DNA of 64,000 bases. Source: Azolla caroliniana. Lineage: Eukaryota > Plantae > Polypodiophyta. The position numbers and the translations under genes are program-made. The notes under the pieces were generated by a model that was given only the letters and a program-made list of their open reading frames with translations, was not told the DNA's origin and did no database searches. Below, one piece after another: positions 39,930 through 54,009 of the stretch. Numbering within the stretch: position 1 is the stretch's first letter; every line of letters begins with the position of its first letter. Location: NCBI GenBank assembly GCA_043228905.1, contig JBHGNT010000002.1, positions 3,720,001 to 3,784,000 on the forward strand, written 5' to 3'.

Positions 39930-40620
39930 CCTATCTAAAAGCATTTGCAAGCTCCTCTTAGTATAGATCAAAAGCACGACATCATTTGCATAAATGAGAG
40001 GAAATATTGTGGAGTTCCCAAAGGCTGATTTTGTCCTCATCTTCTCCTAGGTCTTTTCATATGAAAATTTTCAAAGTTGGACAATATATTGGCTTCATAA
40101 AGTAAGTGATAGAGGGATTAAGAGATCTTTTAGAAAACTTTGAGAAGTCTTCATGTTACAACTTACTTGCTGGTATAAGCAAGCCATCATCTCTTTCACA
40201 CATATTGGTACTCTCAAGAAGAGAGAAATCCGACTTATAGATATTCCACATTGAGTTTTTCCATCCATTCTATTAACCATGTCTCAATAATCTATAGAAA
40301 AATCAACACAAAGGTTTTCCTTTAAATAACCTCTCCTCCATTATGACCCATATACAAGCAAGATGATCAATATCATTGTATTTAGGTCAAAAACTTGCTA
40401 GCCCCACAATCCTCTTGTTCAATACTACTTTAGCTTACCCATTGAGCTAAAGTTTAACGAAAATGTGTGATGATTGGTGGGCTAATACTTATCATTTATG
40501 TTGTATGTTGCATTGATCTGACTACTTTGTTAATATCGAGGAATGCCATCATTTGGTTTAGTAATTCCATCCTTTAACCAGTGTGCCAATCCATTTTAAA
40601 AGTTATCATCATAAATGAAC
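39930..40620 (-). mobile_element. Degraded LINE reverse-transcriptase core
   Basis: Minus strand gives PLIYANDVVL (YADD motif) at about 39975-40000, a CVDF-like motif at about 40300 and an F.PKY..IDHL-like motif at about 40370. Confidence 0.5.
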
Positions 40621-41227
40621 GATATTAATGGGCGTTTGTCGAGTAATTATGTGATGAGGCTTAGTTGCTTCATTTATACATGATGTTTTGTTGTAGCCAT
40701 TGCAAAGTGGCTTGTAACATATGAGTTGTATATTATTCCACGTACTTTTTCTTAACTAATGGAAGTAGAATTTTTTTGGAAAAAATAAAAAAAATATGAA
40801 CGGTATTAATAGAAAAACAGTTACATGAGTAAATGTTTCTAATTAACAAAGCCAAGGATATCAAAAATCAACCCCCTCATAAAATTCCAAAAAGTAAACA
40901 TGTACAATTAATAATCTTATTTGCTCATGGAGTTTCATCTAATAAAGCTTTTGCATATAATATTGAATGGAGTAGAGGCAAAGGCTTCGTAAGTAATGAA
41001 TTATTAGTTCACCATGTTACAAATAACCTCTTTTTTTTTTAGTATTTTGACAAACAATACAGTTTGCTTGCTATACCATACGATACAACAGCTCTTTCAC
41101 TTTTACAAACAAATGGAATATGCAATGGTTTAACAAGTTTTCTTTTTTTTTAAATGAGTTAAATAGCTGTGAAAACATATGGTTTCCACAATTTCATTCT
41201 CATCTAAAGCTACTATCAAATGTCTTT

Positions 41228-44200
41228 TTACTCTGAGTTGTCTAGCAATAAAGGAACAACTGAATTATAGTGTTCTCCAAGCCCAAAAGCATGACGATGA
41301 TATGAGAGCCGGAGGCTAGAATTCATATTTTTGCCATATTGTTTACCCATTTCAACCTCAGGAAGGCTACTTGAGTACACAATTATATGCTTTTGTAAAG
41401 AGTGTGCAAGAGCATCCAATTCTAGATGTCCTCCCCACGATGCTGTTGACTCAACCTGATGACAATATCTCTCAAATACAGCTTCTTCATTCTCATTAAC
41501 ATCATTCTCATCAGTATCCCCAACCACAACAAATGGAGCAAAATCTTTGGCATGACTCCGCATATAAGATGCTGCTATCTCTCTCAATTTTTGGAATGAG
41601 AACTGTATAGAAGAAGTATCTGGGTAGAGAGCTAGTTGATCCTCTAATGCTCTATACAAGCAATGCCCATCCGGTTTCATCTCCTTCAGTGCTAACCCAA
41701 GTGGTCGTAGCTTTCCTTCAAGCAATTCATTTTCCACCATCCGATCACTCACTACATTGTTCTGCTCTTCTTGAATTCTTTGTTCTCTTTCAGCTTCTTG
41801 GTTTGCTCTCTTGTCACGCCTTTTCTGGGCTTTGGTTGGTTTTAGTGGTTGAGTTCCAGACGATGTAGAAATAGCACCAAATTCTTTTACTAGTCCGTCA
41901 ATACTAGTGTTGCTCTCCTCTTTATTGGCTCCTAACTCTGACAACTCCTTTGCATGCCTCTCACGCATCTTTGTCTCTTGCTTCAAAATATCTTCTTCCA
42001 CCTGTCTTTTCTTTGCCTTTTGTTCTGCTTTGCTCCCTTTCGCTGCTGCTTTTTTTAGAGCTATCTCTCGGTTTTGAAGTTCTTTGATCTCTTTCCTGAA
42101 CATACAACTCTCTCTCTCTCTATGTGGAAAAAAAAAATGATGGCAATAAAGGCAATACAACCAAGACATTACCCACTTTTAGATACAAGGGAGAACCAAT
42201 ACAAGTGGTGCAAAACTTCAAATATCTTGGTATTAATGTCCCATCGACAAATAGGCTCAATGTATGCTATGAGTCTAGACTTCAAGTGGTTGGAATAATA
42301 ATTATATGTTTGAGAACCAATGCAATCAAAGTGATACACGAAGATGGGAAGTGAGATTTCATGTCATTCAGTGCTATGCCTAATGGAATGGAAGTGTGGA
42401 GTAGCACTATCTCACTTAGTGCATGGAATAAAATACAGAAAATCCAAAAATTGTTTATATGTAGACAATTGGGGGTAAATTCCTCAACATCCTATGTCAT
42501 GATATTAGAAACAGGTGCTTGGCCCATAAAGGTACAAGCCATGCAAAAAGTATACAAGTTTATCGGAAAAGACAAGAATATGTCTGATCACCGATTGCTA
42601 AAACAAGCCTGGAACATAGGATGCATGATACAAAAAACCAATAAGTGCAAAATCCTTTCACCTGCCTAGGTGCTTGACATTATGAAATGGTTTAAAAATA
42701 GGGAGTAAAGATCTATTGGAGCTCTCTAGTGATGCTATGAAGTGTCTGATCGTCAAGGATAGATTAAAAGAAGCACTAAGGATGAAGTGACAAGACGCTA
42801 AAATGTCAAAATTGGGAATATTACATTGCAAATATTACCCCCACCCAATGTTGGCCCCAATACAAGGTCAAAATGCCAGAATGTATCCAACCACATCTTA
42901 CTAACCCCATAGCTCTTTTAGAGCCTTAACACTTCTCCAAACTCGCTCACACAAGCTATGTGTTGAGATAGGATCATGGCTTCATCACCCTAGTATGAAG
43001 ATAAGCAAGGTATGCAATGAAAACATAGTGAAGGATGAACATCACTTCTTGCCTGCTCAGCGTATAAGGTAATTTGTGAGAAGTATGATGAGTTATTAAT
43101 AATTTAAGTGTCATAATCGAATCCTCACCAAGAAGAGTAAGCACATATGTGTACATTATTTTCACAAATAATTTTTACTATATAGTAGCCCCTATTCTCA
43201 GGAAAGAATCATCACATACAAGATGATATGTTTATTTCGTCCCATAGATAAAAATTTGGCTTGCTTGTGGACAATAAAAATTCTATTCTAATCTCTCTCT
43301 AGCCCTAACCGCAGCATTTTTATTTAGTATGGATTACAAAAATTTGCCCATAGTTGTAACCATGACTTGCCTCATAGGGCGATATTGCCCCCTCTTTCTG
43401 AGACACCCTTTTCTGTTTTATCAAGATGGGCTTACCCTAGCAGTAAGCTATTATTCTATGAGCATCCCTATGTCTAACCCATTTTCGACACACCACATAT
43501 CATTTCTCTTAAACTGCATGCCAAATCGGTCCATTGGAATGACAACCTCACTGCATGCCAAATCAGTGCATTCAAGTCTCTCTGTCTAACCAATTCTTGT
43601 CACACAACATACCATTTCTCTTAAACTGCATGCCAAATCAGTGCATTGCAATGACAACCTCACTACCTCCAAAGCTGTCTCTCTAATTGACTATGCATGT
43701 TTTGCCTTGAATAAGTTCACTAACATGGGCATTGTACCCTTCAGATATGCTCTAACCTATGATCATTTTCAAACTTCCTCTCCCACATTTTGCAACCCCG
43801 ATCTATCACTACACATTTCTTTCTCACTGACAACGTCCATTCAAGTGTGCAGCATTCATGATAAAATTCTTAAACATTGGGAGTCACTTACCAACGTCAC
43901 CAACACTACGTCAAAATGTTCCACTCTGGTCGAATGTTTGCAAGGTGGCATGTTAAAAAATGTGTGGCCTTTCTTGTTTCAGTGTACCAGAAGCAAATAA
44001 GCATGTGAATTTGGAATGCGCATATGTGGAAATCAGACATTATTCTCAGGAATTTTTACAAGGTTGTATTACCTTTCAAGAACTCCTAAAAAGTGTGGAA
44101 CCATCACTGACAACAATAGGCATGCAGTTTGCTTTTCTTCTTGACCCCAGAACCAAAACCATGGAAGATGGAAACAATTTTAGTTTCCCATTACGACTTT

Positions 44201-47200
44201 TTCTTTGATTTTTATTTGGAGACAACATTTTAAGATGCTGCCTCCTGTTCTGTCCCACATAAAATTTTGGGCCCCAATAGATGCTTCTATATATATATAT
44301 ATATATTGAGCATATAGGAGAAACCAAAAATCAAGCTGATAACAAACTCAAGATTCAAGTGGAAGGGGTTGTTAGGCTGGGGTTGCTGAAAGTTATCAGG
44401 AAGCAGAAGTCTTAGAAGACAAGGTCAAGAATAATACCTATCTCCTTCATCTTAAATATTCCAAAGGAAGACCAAAACCGGCCATCCAATTTGTTAGCAT
44501 AGGTGACACTGTGTTAAGCTACCCAGTTGAAATATTCCAAAGAAATAATAAATATGCAAAGAAAGAGAAAATATGCCATCCCATTGGTTGACACAGGTGA
44601 TTCCATCTTAAGCTACGTAGTCATCTCCTTTAAGGCCAAGATCGCCTCCCAAAAATACCTACGCTGCCACACCAAGGATTTCATGTCCCACCACCTTGTG
44701 GCGCTGATCAAGCAAGACCGTATTGAATCTCTTCAATGAGAGATTGATGACATTCAAGAAGACAATGGGCTTCACAGCATGAGCAAACTCACTATAGAGA
44801 AGGTAGAGGGTGTGATGAAGAAACGTGATAAGTAAGCCTCCTTGGTGCCTGATTGCCACCAAAGTAACGACATGCAGAAGTGGTGAAGTTCGTGAGCACT
44901 GCCTACAAAAGAAAATTACTTTCAAGGTACACCAAGAGGGCTCCCTTCCACATGGAACACTCCCTCAAGTAATGAAGTTAACAACACATTTTATCTACTT
45001 GAGGAAATCCTCCACTGGCATCACTCAATAACATCTTTTATGGTGTAAGTAACAAGCTGAAACAGCTTTCCAGTGAAGTCATGATGATGCATCAAGGTCG
45101 GGAATGGATGATTCTCAGAGGCCAACTGATCAATCTAGTGTTTGATGTCCCAAAGCCTCACCAACTGAGTAGATCAGATGGTCCACTCCATAGTAACCAG
45201 ACAATAGAATAATGACCAGAGTGTAATCTGTATCTGCTCACTAACGAGTTAAATCAACAAGATCAGAGTATGTTTGAATAGAATACTCTTTACTCTTGTT
45301 GATGTAATGGGATGATTCCAACACATGGATTGATTGATCAGACAATACAAAACTATAGTCTGATCAATATATTTGTGAGTTTGATCATGATCACCTCAAA
45401 CATGGGTAGATTAGCCCTCATAAACTAAGTGACATATCATTCTATCAGATCAATAACCTAACGGTTTCCATATTTTCAAGAAGACAAGCAACCTCGCATA
45501 TTCTGTTAATAGCTTCAGAGTATCCACGAGTTTGAGTAGCTTAATCACAAGTCAGCAAGAATCAGCTCATCGTACTAATTCCATGTTCCCAACAGTCTAT
45601 GAGAAGTAAGTCATACACCCCATGATCATCACAAGTAGTACTCGTCCTAGAACTAACTCATTATGTTAGAGTAACCATGCTCTAAGTTGGCCAAAACCAT
45701 CTAATCCCAATGATCTCAACCATTACCGCTTCCAACCACACATTGGCATCCCCACACCATTTGAAGCAGGAAGATAACTGTCTCTCTTCTGTACACAGAT
45801 ATGTTAATCTCGCTATTGAAAACAGATAGTGGAGAGGCCTAAAGATGGAAGATCTGTATATTCCCTGAACTTGCTAAACTTTATATGTCAAACCATTGAG
45901 ATGGTGGGGGCCAAAAGCGCACCTCCACAGGTTGTTCAAGACAGTTTATGGCATCTGGCCTATGCTGATTTTGGGTGACTGTGCTCTACCCTGGTGAACC
46001 CATGCAGGTGACTTCAATGTGAGAAGGGGCCAAAGATGAATTCGTTCATGATCCGCCTGCCTAACCAGTCAAAGATGGCCTAGCCTTGCCTCCATCATGC
46101 TTTACTAGTATTATACAAATTTGAGCAAGGTCTGGTTTGAGATAGATTCGACCTTCCCTTATGTCATATTCATGGCTTTGGATCCCAATGAATACCTTGT
46201 TAATGACTTTACAAAAATCTAATCCATCAAGTGAAGTCTAGTGATAATCTTTAGGATAAATCATCATTATGCATTTCATCAGAGAATGTGATACATTCTT
46301 TTGGTAATGTTGATTCTTGAAAGTAAGTAACAAATCTAGGAAAATGATAAACACTACTTCTGAAGATAATAAAAAACTGATGTGTTCAAATATGCCTCCA
46401 CGAAATAGTTTGTTCTATAAACCACTGTGGGGATCATAGTGCCAAGTAATCACACTGAAAGCTTAATCACAGGATAGAAGCAAATGCCTTCAAGCTGCAA
46501 TGAAAGTATTTCATGTCTTCTCTCTTTGGCTGCTTGCCCTGGAAAAACTAATGTACCTAGCTACGGAAGGTTATCTGTGCGCTCCTTCCATATGATGAGC
46601 AATAACTTTGCAACTGACTGAGGATCGTGACCATGAATATGAGAGTCATAAATATAACACGAGGTGATGCTAGAAATGGTTGCAAATGTAGCATCGTGTC
46701 GATGATCATCCAAGGCTTTGGAAAGAAACATATCCATTTTTCCCTGAGAGAGTCAAGGAAACCTTCTTCCTAATAATCACGCCATCCTCAAGCTTCAAGG
46801 CAGGATGGCTGTGATCAGTTTCTCTCACAAACAGGATGTCTCTAAGGGCACATGGTTTTGGATTGTTGGGAAGAGGTCATACCTTCACAATCTGAACTCC
46901 AGAAGCTAATAGTATAAGTGGCCAAGCCATCATCCGAGATTTGAGGTTCTGATGGTGTCTATCTCTCCAGAAATCACCAGCACCAGTAGTCACGAGGTCC
47001 TTTGTCTCCTTCAATTTTACTTCTAATTTTCATTTAATTTTGCTTTATTTTCATGCATCCCCTTGCGATACACTCTGAGTGTAACACTCTACGGCAATGC
47101 TCCTTATTCAATCACATTTAGACTAGTTCTCCTCACATTAATCTCTACACACTTCTTTCAACACACTCTTAGCCAACATATAATGTGCAACCTCACTTGC

Positions 47201-47248
47201 AACATTCATTAATAAAACTCATGAGCATCGGGAGTTCACATCTCAACT

Positions 47249-47283
<35 letters not shown>

Positions 47284-47361
47284 GCAAAAATGTTTTGATT
47301 ATGTCCCAGAACATTCAGGACATGCTCGCTTTGGTCTAAAGCCCATAGGTGGCAGTTTGAG

Positions 47362-47400
<39 letters not shown>

Positions 47401-47506
47401 GTTTGAGTCTTATTTTATTTTATTTTTACTTTCGATGAATGGGTAAATACCCCATTTTTGTTGTAAACCAATTGTCTCATGGGCCAATTGTGGTCTTAGA
47501 AGACGT

Positions 47507-47551
<45 letters not shown>

Positions 47552-47690
47552 CATTTCAATTCGTTCCATCTCTCTGTCTCAAACAATTTTAACCAACCAT
47601 CTGTAGTACTATGCTTAAAAGAAATGGGAAATGGAGAGAGGAAGGAGGGGCTTACTGATGGCGAGACAAGATTTGATCTCGAGACTCCAT
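41228..47690 (-). CDS. OTU5: OTU-domain deubiquitinase, OTU5/OTUD6B-like (2 exons)
   Basis: Exon 1 47656-47690 (MESRDQILSRH, then CA|GTAAG) joins exon 2 41228-42095 (TTCAG|G) to give ...[32 protein letters not shown]. Catalytic KPDGHCLYRA, WGGHLEL and LSYHRHAFGLGEHYNSV are intact. Confidence 0.93.
42125..43292 (+). mobile_element. 5'-truncated LINE family A copy inside the OTU intron, antisense to the gene
   Basis: YKGEPIQVVQNFKYLGINV; LFICRQLGVNSSTSY..LETGAWPI; QTRSHKLCVEIGSW..KVCNENIVKDEHHFL. The 3' end is aataaaaattctattctaa followed by (CT)n. Confidence 0.8.
44350..46980 (-). mobile_element. Probable highly degraded L1-like LINE ORF2 in the OTU intron
   Basis: Higher-GC coding-like block with weak minus-strand traces in the expected order: TDH (endonuclease end) at about 46815 and RQG at about 46085. 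No intact frame. Confidence 0.35.
47251..47548. repeat. Cluster of (CA)n and two (CT)n microsatellites near the 5' end of the OTU intron
   Basis: (CA)n 47251-47281; (CT)n 47366-47398 and 47510-47548. Confidence 0.9.
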
Positions 47691-48149
47691 ATCTTCTGGT
47701 GCTGCTACTTGATCTGCTGCTGCTGCTGCTGCTGCGGCCGCCATCGCCCGCAGATCGCAAGACCTTCACAGAAGAGAATATACAAAGCAAATAATAATAA
47801 TAATAATAATTAAGGTCAAGAATAGAGATAAATTTGTGATATAATTTTCTTTTTATGTTGTATTTTTTTTTCCCCCCTTTGTTTAAAGTTTAAAGTTTAT
47901 ACATGTACATACATATTTATTGTAAGAGCTTTTGCATTTAAATTTTTTCCACACCAATTGGGATTAAAAATTTCTCCTAATACAAATATTTGTTATTGCA
48001 TAATCCCATTAGATGAACAATTTCTAAGCTATTTTTATATATATCCAACAATGAAAGTTTTTCCTTCTAATGACTCATAGATAGCTTCACCTTTATTATG
48101 GTCGTTTTATCATTGGGCTTGATCTTCAATGTCTATAGCTTCCTTTTTG

Positions 48150-49460
48150 TACTCGCAGATAGTGCACATGCATGACTTTGATGTATCTAGTTCCAGCCGT
48201 TTTCATATGTATTTTCTTTCAAACGTGGCACAACAATATCACTTGCTTCTAAATGACAAAGATCATGTGATATCTAGAACACGTTGTCACTAAGATAATT
48301 GGAGTATGTTTTCTTTAGTTGGCATTGAACTTCATTGGGATAGTGTGGGTCGAGCATAAAGTGAACTATTTCTTTTGCCATTTTCTAAATAATTACATGT
48401 GTTGCTTCTTTTGCAAACACCCAACCCCAAATTTTGGGGCATTGGAATAACTTCGACGACCCATTTACAAACAACAAAAATCCTAAAAGCACAATGCAAT
48501 ATGTAATGTGAAATCATAACATATAAATCATGTTAGTTTTGAAAATATGGCTAGAAGGACACCACAAATGCTAGAAAACTGTTAATCCATGACATGTACA
48601 TAGATTCCACAGTCCGATCACAACAATGTTGAAATCGACTATAAGTTGGTAAATTGCACAATTGTAAGAAAACTTGACGACGACCATACTATTTCTTGAT
48701 CATTACTTGTGCAATTATGATGTTTGAATAATATGATTGTCCAATATATGTGTTTGTGTGATGAAATACCATGCCAAAAGATAAGCATGATATGCATATA
48801 TTTTACGTGTCTTCTTGAGTTAACATGATATCTTTCGTTAGAGAAGATGTTATGAATATGATTTGAGCAATTGTGTGTTAAACCCATAGTGGAAAAGGGA
48901 ACTAAAAGCATGAGTGAGGTGACATTCTTTAGCTATCCTATATGCAAGGGCAAGGCGAAACTTCAATTTTAAAAACAAAAAATTAGTTGATGAGCACAAG
49001 TTGAACTGTTCTTTTGCCTTTTATTAAAGAACACCATGTGTTCTTGGATGTTCCATTGCAAAATAAATAAAATGTTGACGACACAATATAATATTTATTA
49101 TGAAGTTATATTGTAAATTCATTATAGTTTTGAAAATATGGCAATGTGGATATCACAGACAATCGTAAAAATGTTCATTCATGGCATGTATATAGAGTTT
49201 GATCACCACGATGTTGAAAGGGAAAGCAAATTGGCGATTATTGCAGTGTTTGGGAAGCTTGATACATATTGTACTATTCCTCAATGATTAATTTTGCGAT
49301 ATTGATGCCTAGTAACATGATTGTCCATGATACCATTCTAGAATGTTACACATTTGCTTGACTCAACATGGTACCTTGCCTAGAAGAAGCAATCAAGATG
49401 GCATGAATGATTGTGAAATATGAATGGGAATGTTGGGTTAGGACATGAAAAGGAGTCACA
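48150..49460 (-). mobile_element. Possible hAT transposase relic with a diverged internal duplication
   Basis: Minus strand has KHIYWT (about 48745) followed by KWVVEVI (about 48460), the order expected for HIFWTPC...WV in hAT transposases. 48500-48920 resembles 49090-49460. Confidence 0.3.
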
Positions 49461-50519
49461 AGCATTGATGGGAATTGGTTTTCAAATATACGGGCAAAAA
49501 AATTTGTATCTCTTTTCAACTAGGGGCATGTAGTAATAACTTTAATAAAGTTTTGAGGGTCATAATTAATCATATACCTAAATGTGTGAATGGTATGTGA
49601 AAATGAACCACTAAAATAAACGCGCCACGTTTTGATAACTTCCATTTGTTTCATTCATTAACATATATCGTTGTGTCTTTGACATATGTATCTGTGAAAC
49701 AACCATATTCAGAAAAGGGAACTCACGAAATTCTCAAGAAACAGACTTGATTCGTCGAGCTAACTCGTTCGTGGATATTTGGGGGAAGTAGTAGACTCAT
49801 GCGACGCCTTTGACTTAATCAAGTGAAGACCAACGATATGTACACTATAAGGTTGCAAGTGAAGGAAGTGGATACATACACAAATATCATAAAACGTTCC
49901 AGGTGAATGAATATTGACGATACGTATAAAACACATCGAATGGTTGTGCAAGTGAATAGACAACATTATATGTTATGTGGGGAGACAAGTGGTGCATAAG
50001 ATATATCTATCAAGATGTTGCAAGGAAGGAAAGAAACCCTAAACCCTAGATATCTTGTTAATGTCCACAGGAGACTCATTGCGATCTATGAGAGACAAAC
50101 AGGGGCCTAAGTGTTGGGGGGGGGGGGGAGGTGAAGGGCATTTGGGTAAATAAGAGAAAGTGAGGGGTATTCTTTATGTAATAAAATAAACCTTGAGGGG
50201 CACATTGTAATTTGTATTTTCTTACTGGTTAAAGCTTGTGGGCGAAATGAGAGAGGAAACAGACTGACTGATGGGCGTATGAAGAACTTAGAAGAGAAAG
50301 GATGGGAAGGCTATGGAAATCAAACCGAAGAATGGATCTTCTTTGGAAGGAATTCTTCTACGACCCATCGCTGTGGTTGGATCATCGCATCAATAAGGTG
50401 AGATTCAGAGGGAGGGAGAGGGAGAGGGAGATAGATAGATAGATAGTTTTTTAACATCCATGGAAAGACCGAATGCATCTGCGAGACAGGGCTAGCCCAT
50501 GGCAAGGATTTAACTTGAG

Positions 50520-53500
50520 AGAGAGAGAGAGAGAAAGAAAGAAAGAAATATTAGTGTCTTTTAAGAGGCCAAAATGGCCTATAAGACCAAATAAGAGATT
50601 ACATCTTAACTGTTGTCTTGTCTTTGAGAGAGAGAGAGAGAGATTATGATTTTCCTCCATGGAGTGTTCATCTTGCCTATTGGCAATTCAACACGTTCCA
50701 CTACCCGTGTAGTGTAGTGGGTGACCGACCATACTCCATTGTGACAGCCATTGTAAATAGTGTTTTTTTATGCACATTTATTAATATAATTGCGTGTTTT
50801 CACCAAAAAAGAAGAAGAAGAGAGAGATTATGATGATCTTGATGACGATGATCAATGGCGACCGATGATGATGATGGATGATGATCCATGAAAGCATACA
50901 TGACCCATGAGTCCCAACAATCATGGGCCCATGATGATTTTTGAAAACTTGTACGAATGAAAATAAAATGTAAAAAAATTGGAACAGAAAGAGAAAACAA
51001 TGACACAGAAGCTTGATGTTTCTGACATTTCTAATCTTCGAATTGAATTTTGATTATGTTACATAGACCGGAAAAAAAAGCATAATGCCTAGTGTCATCA
51101 TTTGAGCAAAAAACAGCATAGTGGCTTGTGTCATTGCGTTGATTCCTCAATATGATTTCTTGAAAAGCTAGTTCCAACCTTGTAGTAGCAATTCCTGGGA
51201 AAACATCTCACCCGAAGTCTTCATATGCCAAAGCATTCCAAAGTGATTTCTATTTTTGGTTCTGGTATGTTTGAGGCAAACATAGGACACACATTCATTT
51301 CAATATTATTGCCAACTCCTAGTTTATATTTTCAACATGTGTGTTCGTGTGTGCATCAGTTTTGATTGCACATCTCACCCTCCCGTGGGTATGAGTATCC
51401 AGATGTGAAGTTGGGCATCCACCAAACATCCTCTTAGTAATTTCTCCAATATTCAGTTTCAATGCTACTGCAATATTTCTCAAACTTAAATCTATATTAG
51501 ACAGTTCTTCAGTTTATGTGGAGGGTTTCCAGTGGCCGAGTACAACATTGACTCAAGCTATCCTGTTCTTTTCTTTTCCTTTACATGCACATCCGCATAT
51601 TCTTCAACAAGCTATCTTGCAAACCATTTCTGGATATTTTGAACCCAGCTAGACTAAATAAATTTTCTTTAGTGCGTTTTTCTGTTGTAAGCATTCAATT
51701 GCCCACTCTGCCTTGGAGACATTCACAGAGAAAGAAAAGAAAGAAATATATCTATTGATGTCTTTTAAGAAGCCGAAATAGCTATAAGACCAAACAAGAG
51801 ATTGCATCTTAAAATTTTGTCTCTTCTTTGAGGACAAGAAACCAAAATAAATGTAACTAAATAAAAAGAGAAGCGACTAGAGAATCCCATTGTCCTTCAT
51901 GTAAGGTTCTCAATTTGGATAGATTGTATTTTTTATCTTTGAAAGGTCTTTTGCATAGGTTGATCTTGGCTTGAGAGATCTCCAAAGCAAGGGAAGCACT
52001 TGCCATCGTGGGAAATAAAATGGTCTTCATCTGTGGATGGCTAGGATAGCAAGATCATGATCCACAAGGCCGGGGCAATGTGCTATTGCGTGATCTATTG
52101 TAACCCCTTTGCAATGTTCTATGAGAGAAAGAGAGATATTATTGTCTTTTAAGAGGCCAAAATGGCCTATAAGACCAAACAAGAGAGGATATCTTAAAAT
52201 GTTTTCTTGTCTCTGAGAACAACCCAATACTAATGTAACCACATAAAAGAAACTTATTATAGAATATTGTTATCTAACATGTGAGCTTCTCTAGTCAGAT
52301 GGATTGTATTGTCTTCAAAACATGTCCAAATGGGTTGATCTAGAATGGGGATATCTGTGAAGCAAGGGAAGCACCTGTTATGATGGGAGATAACAGCCTT
52401 CATCTTTCAATAACAAGGGTGGGGAGGTTGTGGTTCATAAGGTTAAGGTCTATGTGCATTATAAAATTGCTATTGTCCGATCTATTGTAACCCCTTTGCA
52501 TTGTCTTGGGGAAGACCTAACTCGTATATCCCTTGATTGACTTGTAGCATGAGTAGGCGTGATGGGTCTGAAGAGGTTGTGATTGGTCTTTCCTAATGAT
52601 CTTGATTCTATTACCTTGCAAAGTGGGCAAAAACATTGGTTAAAGAGGCAACGGTATCTCCCTCTTATTTCATAAAAAAACAGTACAGATACAAAACATA
52701 GTGTTTTTTTAATTCCACTGCTTGATAGTACAATTGGTAAGTTCTTTCTTTTAGAGGTGTGTGCATATCTGCCTACCTCAATCTCTAACTAATGTGAAGA
52801 GGTTCCCAACTTCCCTATCACACTGCGGAGCACATGTGATAGATGCGTATATCCAACCTGATGATGAATCCAACGTCCAATTTCTGTAAACGTTTTGCCT
52901 TATAATGGTTTAATCTCCTACCCAGAGACATGTTCTTCTTTGTCCAAATTGGTAATATTAGTTCGGATCAGTGTATTCTTTTCTATTGTGGTCATGTTCA
53001 GCTATATTGGAACAACGATAGTGTGTGTGTTCTTACATCATGTGAATGAAACATTTGTTGCATTCAGAATACCAACAATGATTATCTCTGTAGGCAGCGA
53101 GTTGTTCTGATGACATAAATACCAACTTGAGTATCTTTGTGTATCCCAAAGCCATGAGATACCTGTGACTAATCAGAATAATATATCAATGATTTATCAT
53201 ATGGGCAGTCATTGAGTCTAAAGGTCTCTCCAAATTTGTGCAATTATTTACCCTGTGAAGGTTCGGTCCCTAGGTTTCTACTCTATAGAAACGAGTTAGT
53301 GTCACAAGTGTATCGAATAGTCACAATTTAGTTCACAGCTCTTGGTATTGTATATGTGCACATTGTCTTCCGAGAGCACCAACGGCTGCATGTCCATGAG
53401 AAAGTTGAGCACATTCAGTGTTCCTTAAGGAGAATCAAGGCAACTGTGAATGGTACTCGTAGATATGTGCAGGATCATGTGTATGCCACCATATCCTCTC

Positions 53501-53960
53501 CCAAGAAGAATTCTGGAGTTGATCTTGTTACCCATGTGTGCAGCCATCGAGTCTAAAGGTCTCTCCAAAATTGTCCAATTATTTGCCTGTGAAGACTCGG
53601 TTCCCCTAGGTTTCCACTCTATAGAAAAGAGTTAGTGTCACAAGTGTATTGAATACTTACAAATTTAGTTCACAGCTCTTGGAATTGTATATATGCACAT
53701 TGTGTTCCAAGAGTACCAAGGGTTGCATGTCCACGAGATAGTAGAACACGTTCAGCCTACATTCTCATCAAAGTTCTTTTGCTTGCTCAATGTGACTTGT
53801 TGGCACATGCTTGATGGAGTTGTGGGCCTATGGAAGAAGTCAATGATCTGTGGTTGCATCAGCATCCCATGTGCTAATACAGGCCTTTCCCTATGCTTAT
53901 GAAGCTCAAGCAAGCCGTGGCCAAAGTCATGTAGGTCAGCCTTCACAATCATCTGTCGAA
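50520..53960 (-). mobile_element. Cluster of LINE family B fragments and repeated 3' ends
   Basis: Minus strand at 52640-52810 reads TSSH*LEIEVGRYAH...FYEIRGRYRCLF (LINE RT C-terminal Cys/His region). The 3'-end motif tgtcttttaagaggccaaaatggcctataagaccaaa.aagagatt.catcttaa occurs at about 50555, 51760 and 52143. Internal duplication about 53214-53400 vs 53550-53735. Not continuous: 50650-51700 is unassigned. Confidence 0.65.
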
Positions 53961-54009
53961 GAGTTGTTTATGGTACAAAGAGTGTGGGATACTTTTTTTT
54001 GACGCAAGA

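Noticed and set aside
42096-42169. N-terminal extension MSWLYCLYCHHFFF of the OTU ORF
   Set aside because: Intron and LINE sequence upstream of the acceptor at 42096-42097. The true start is in the exon at 47656-47690.
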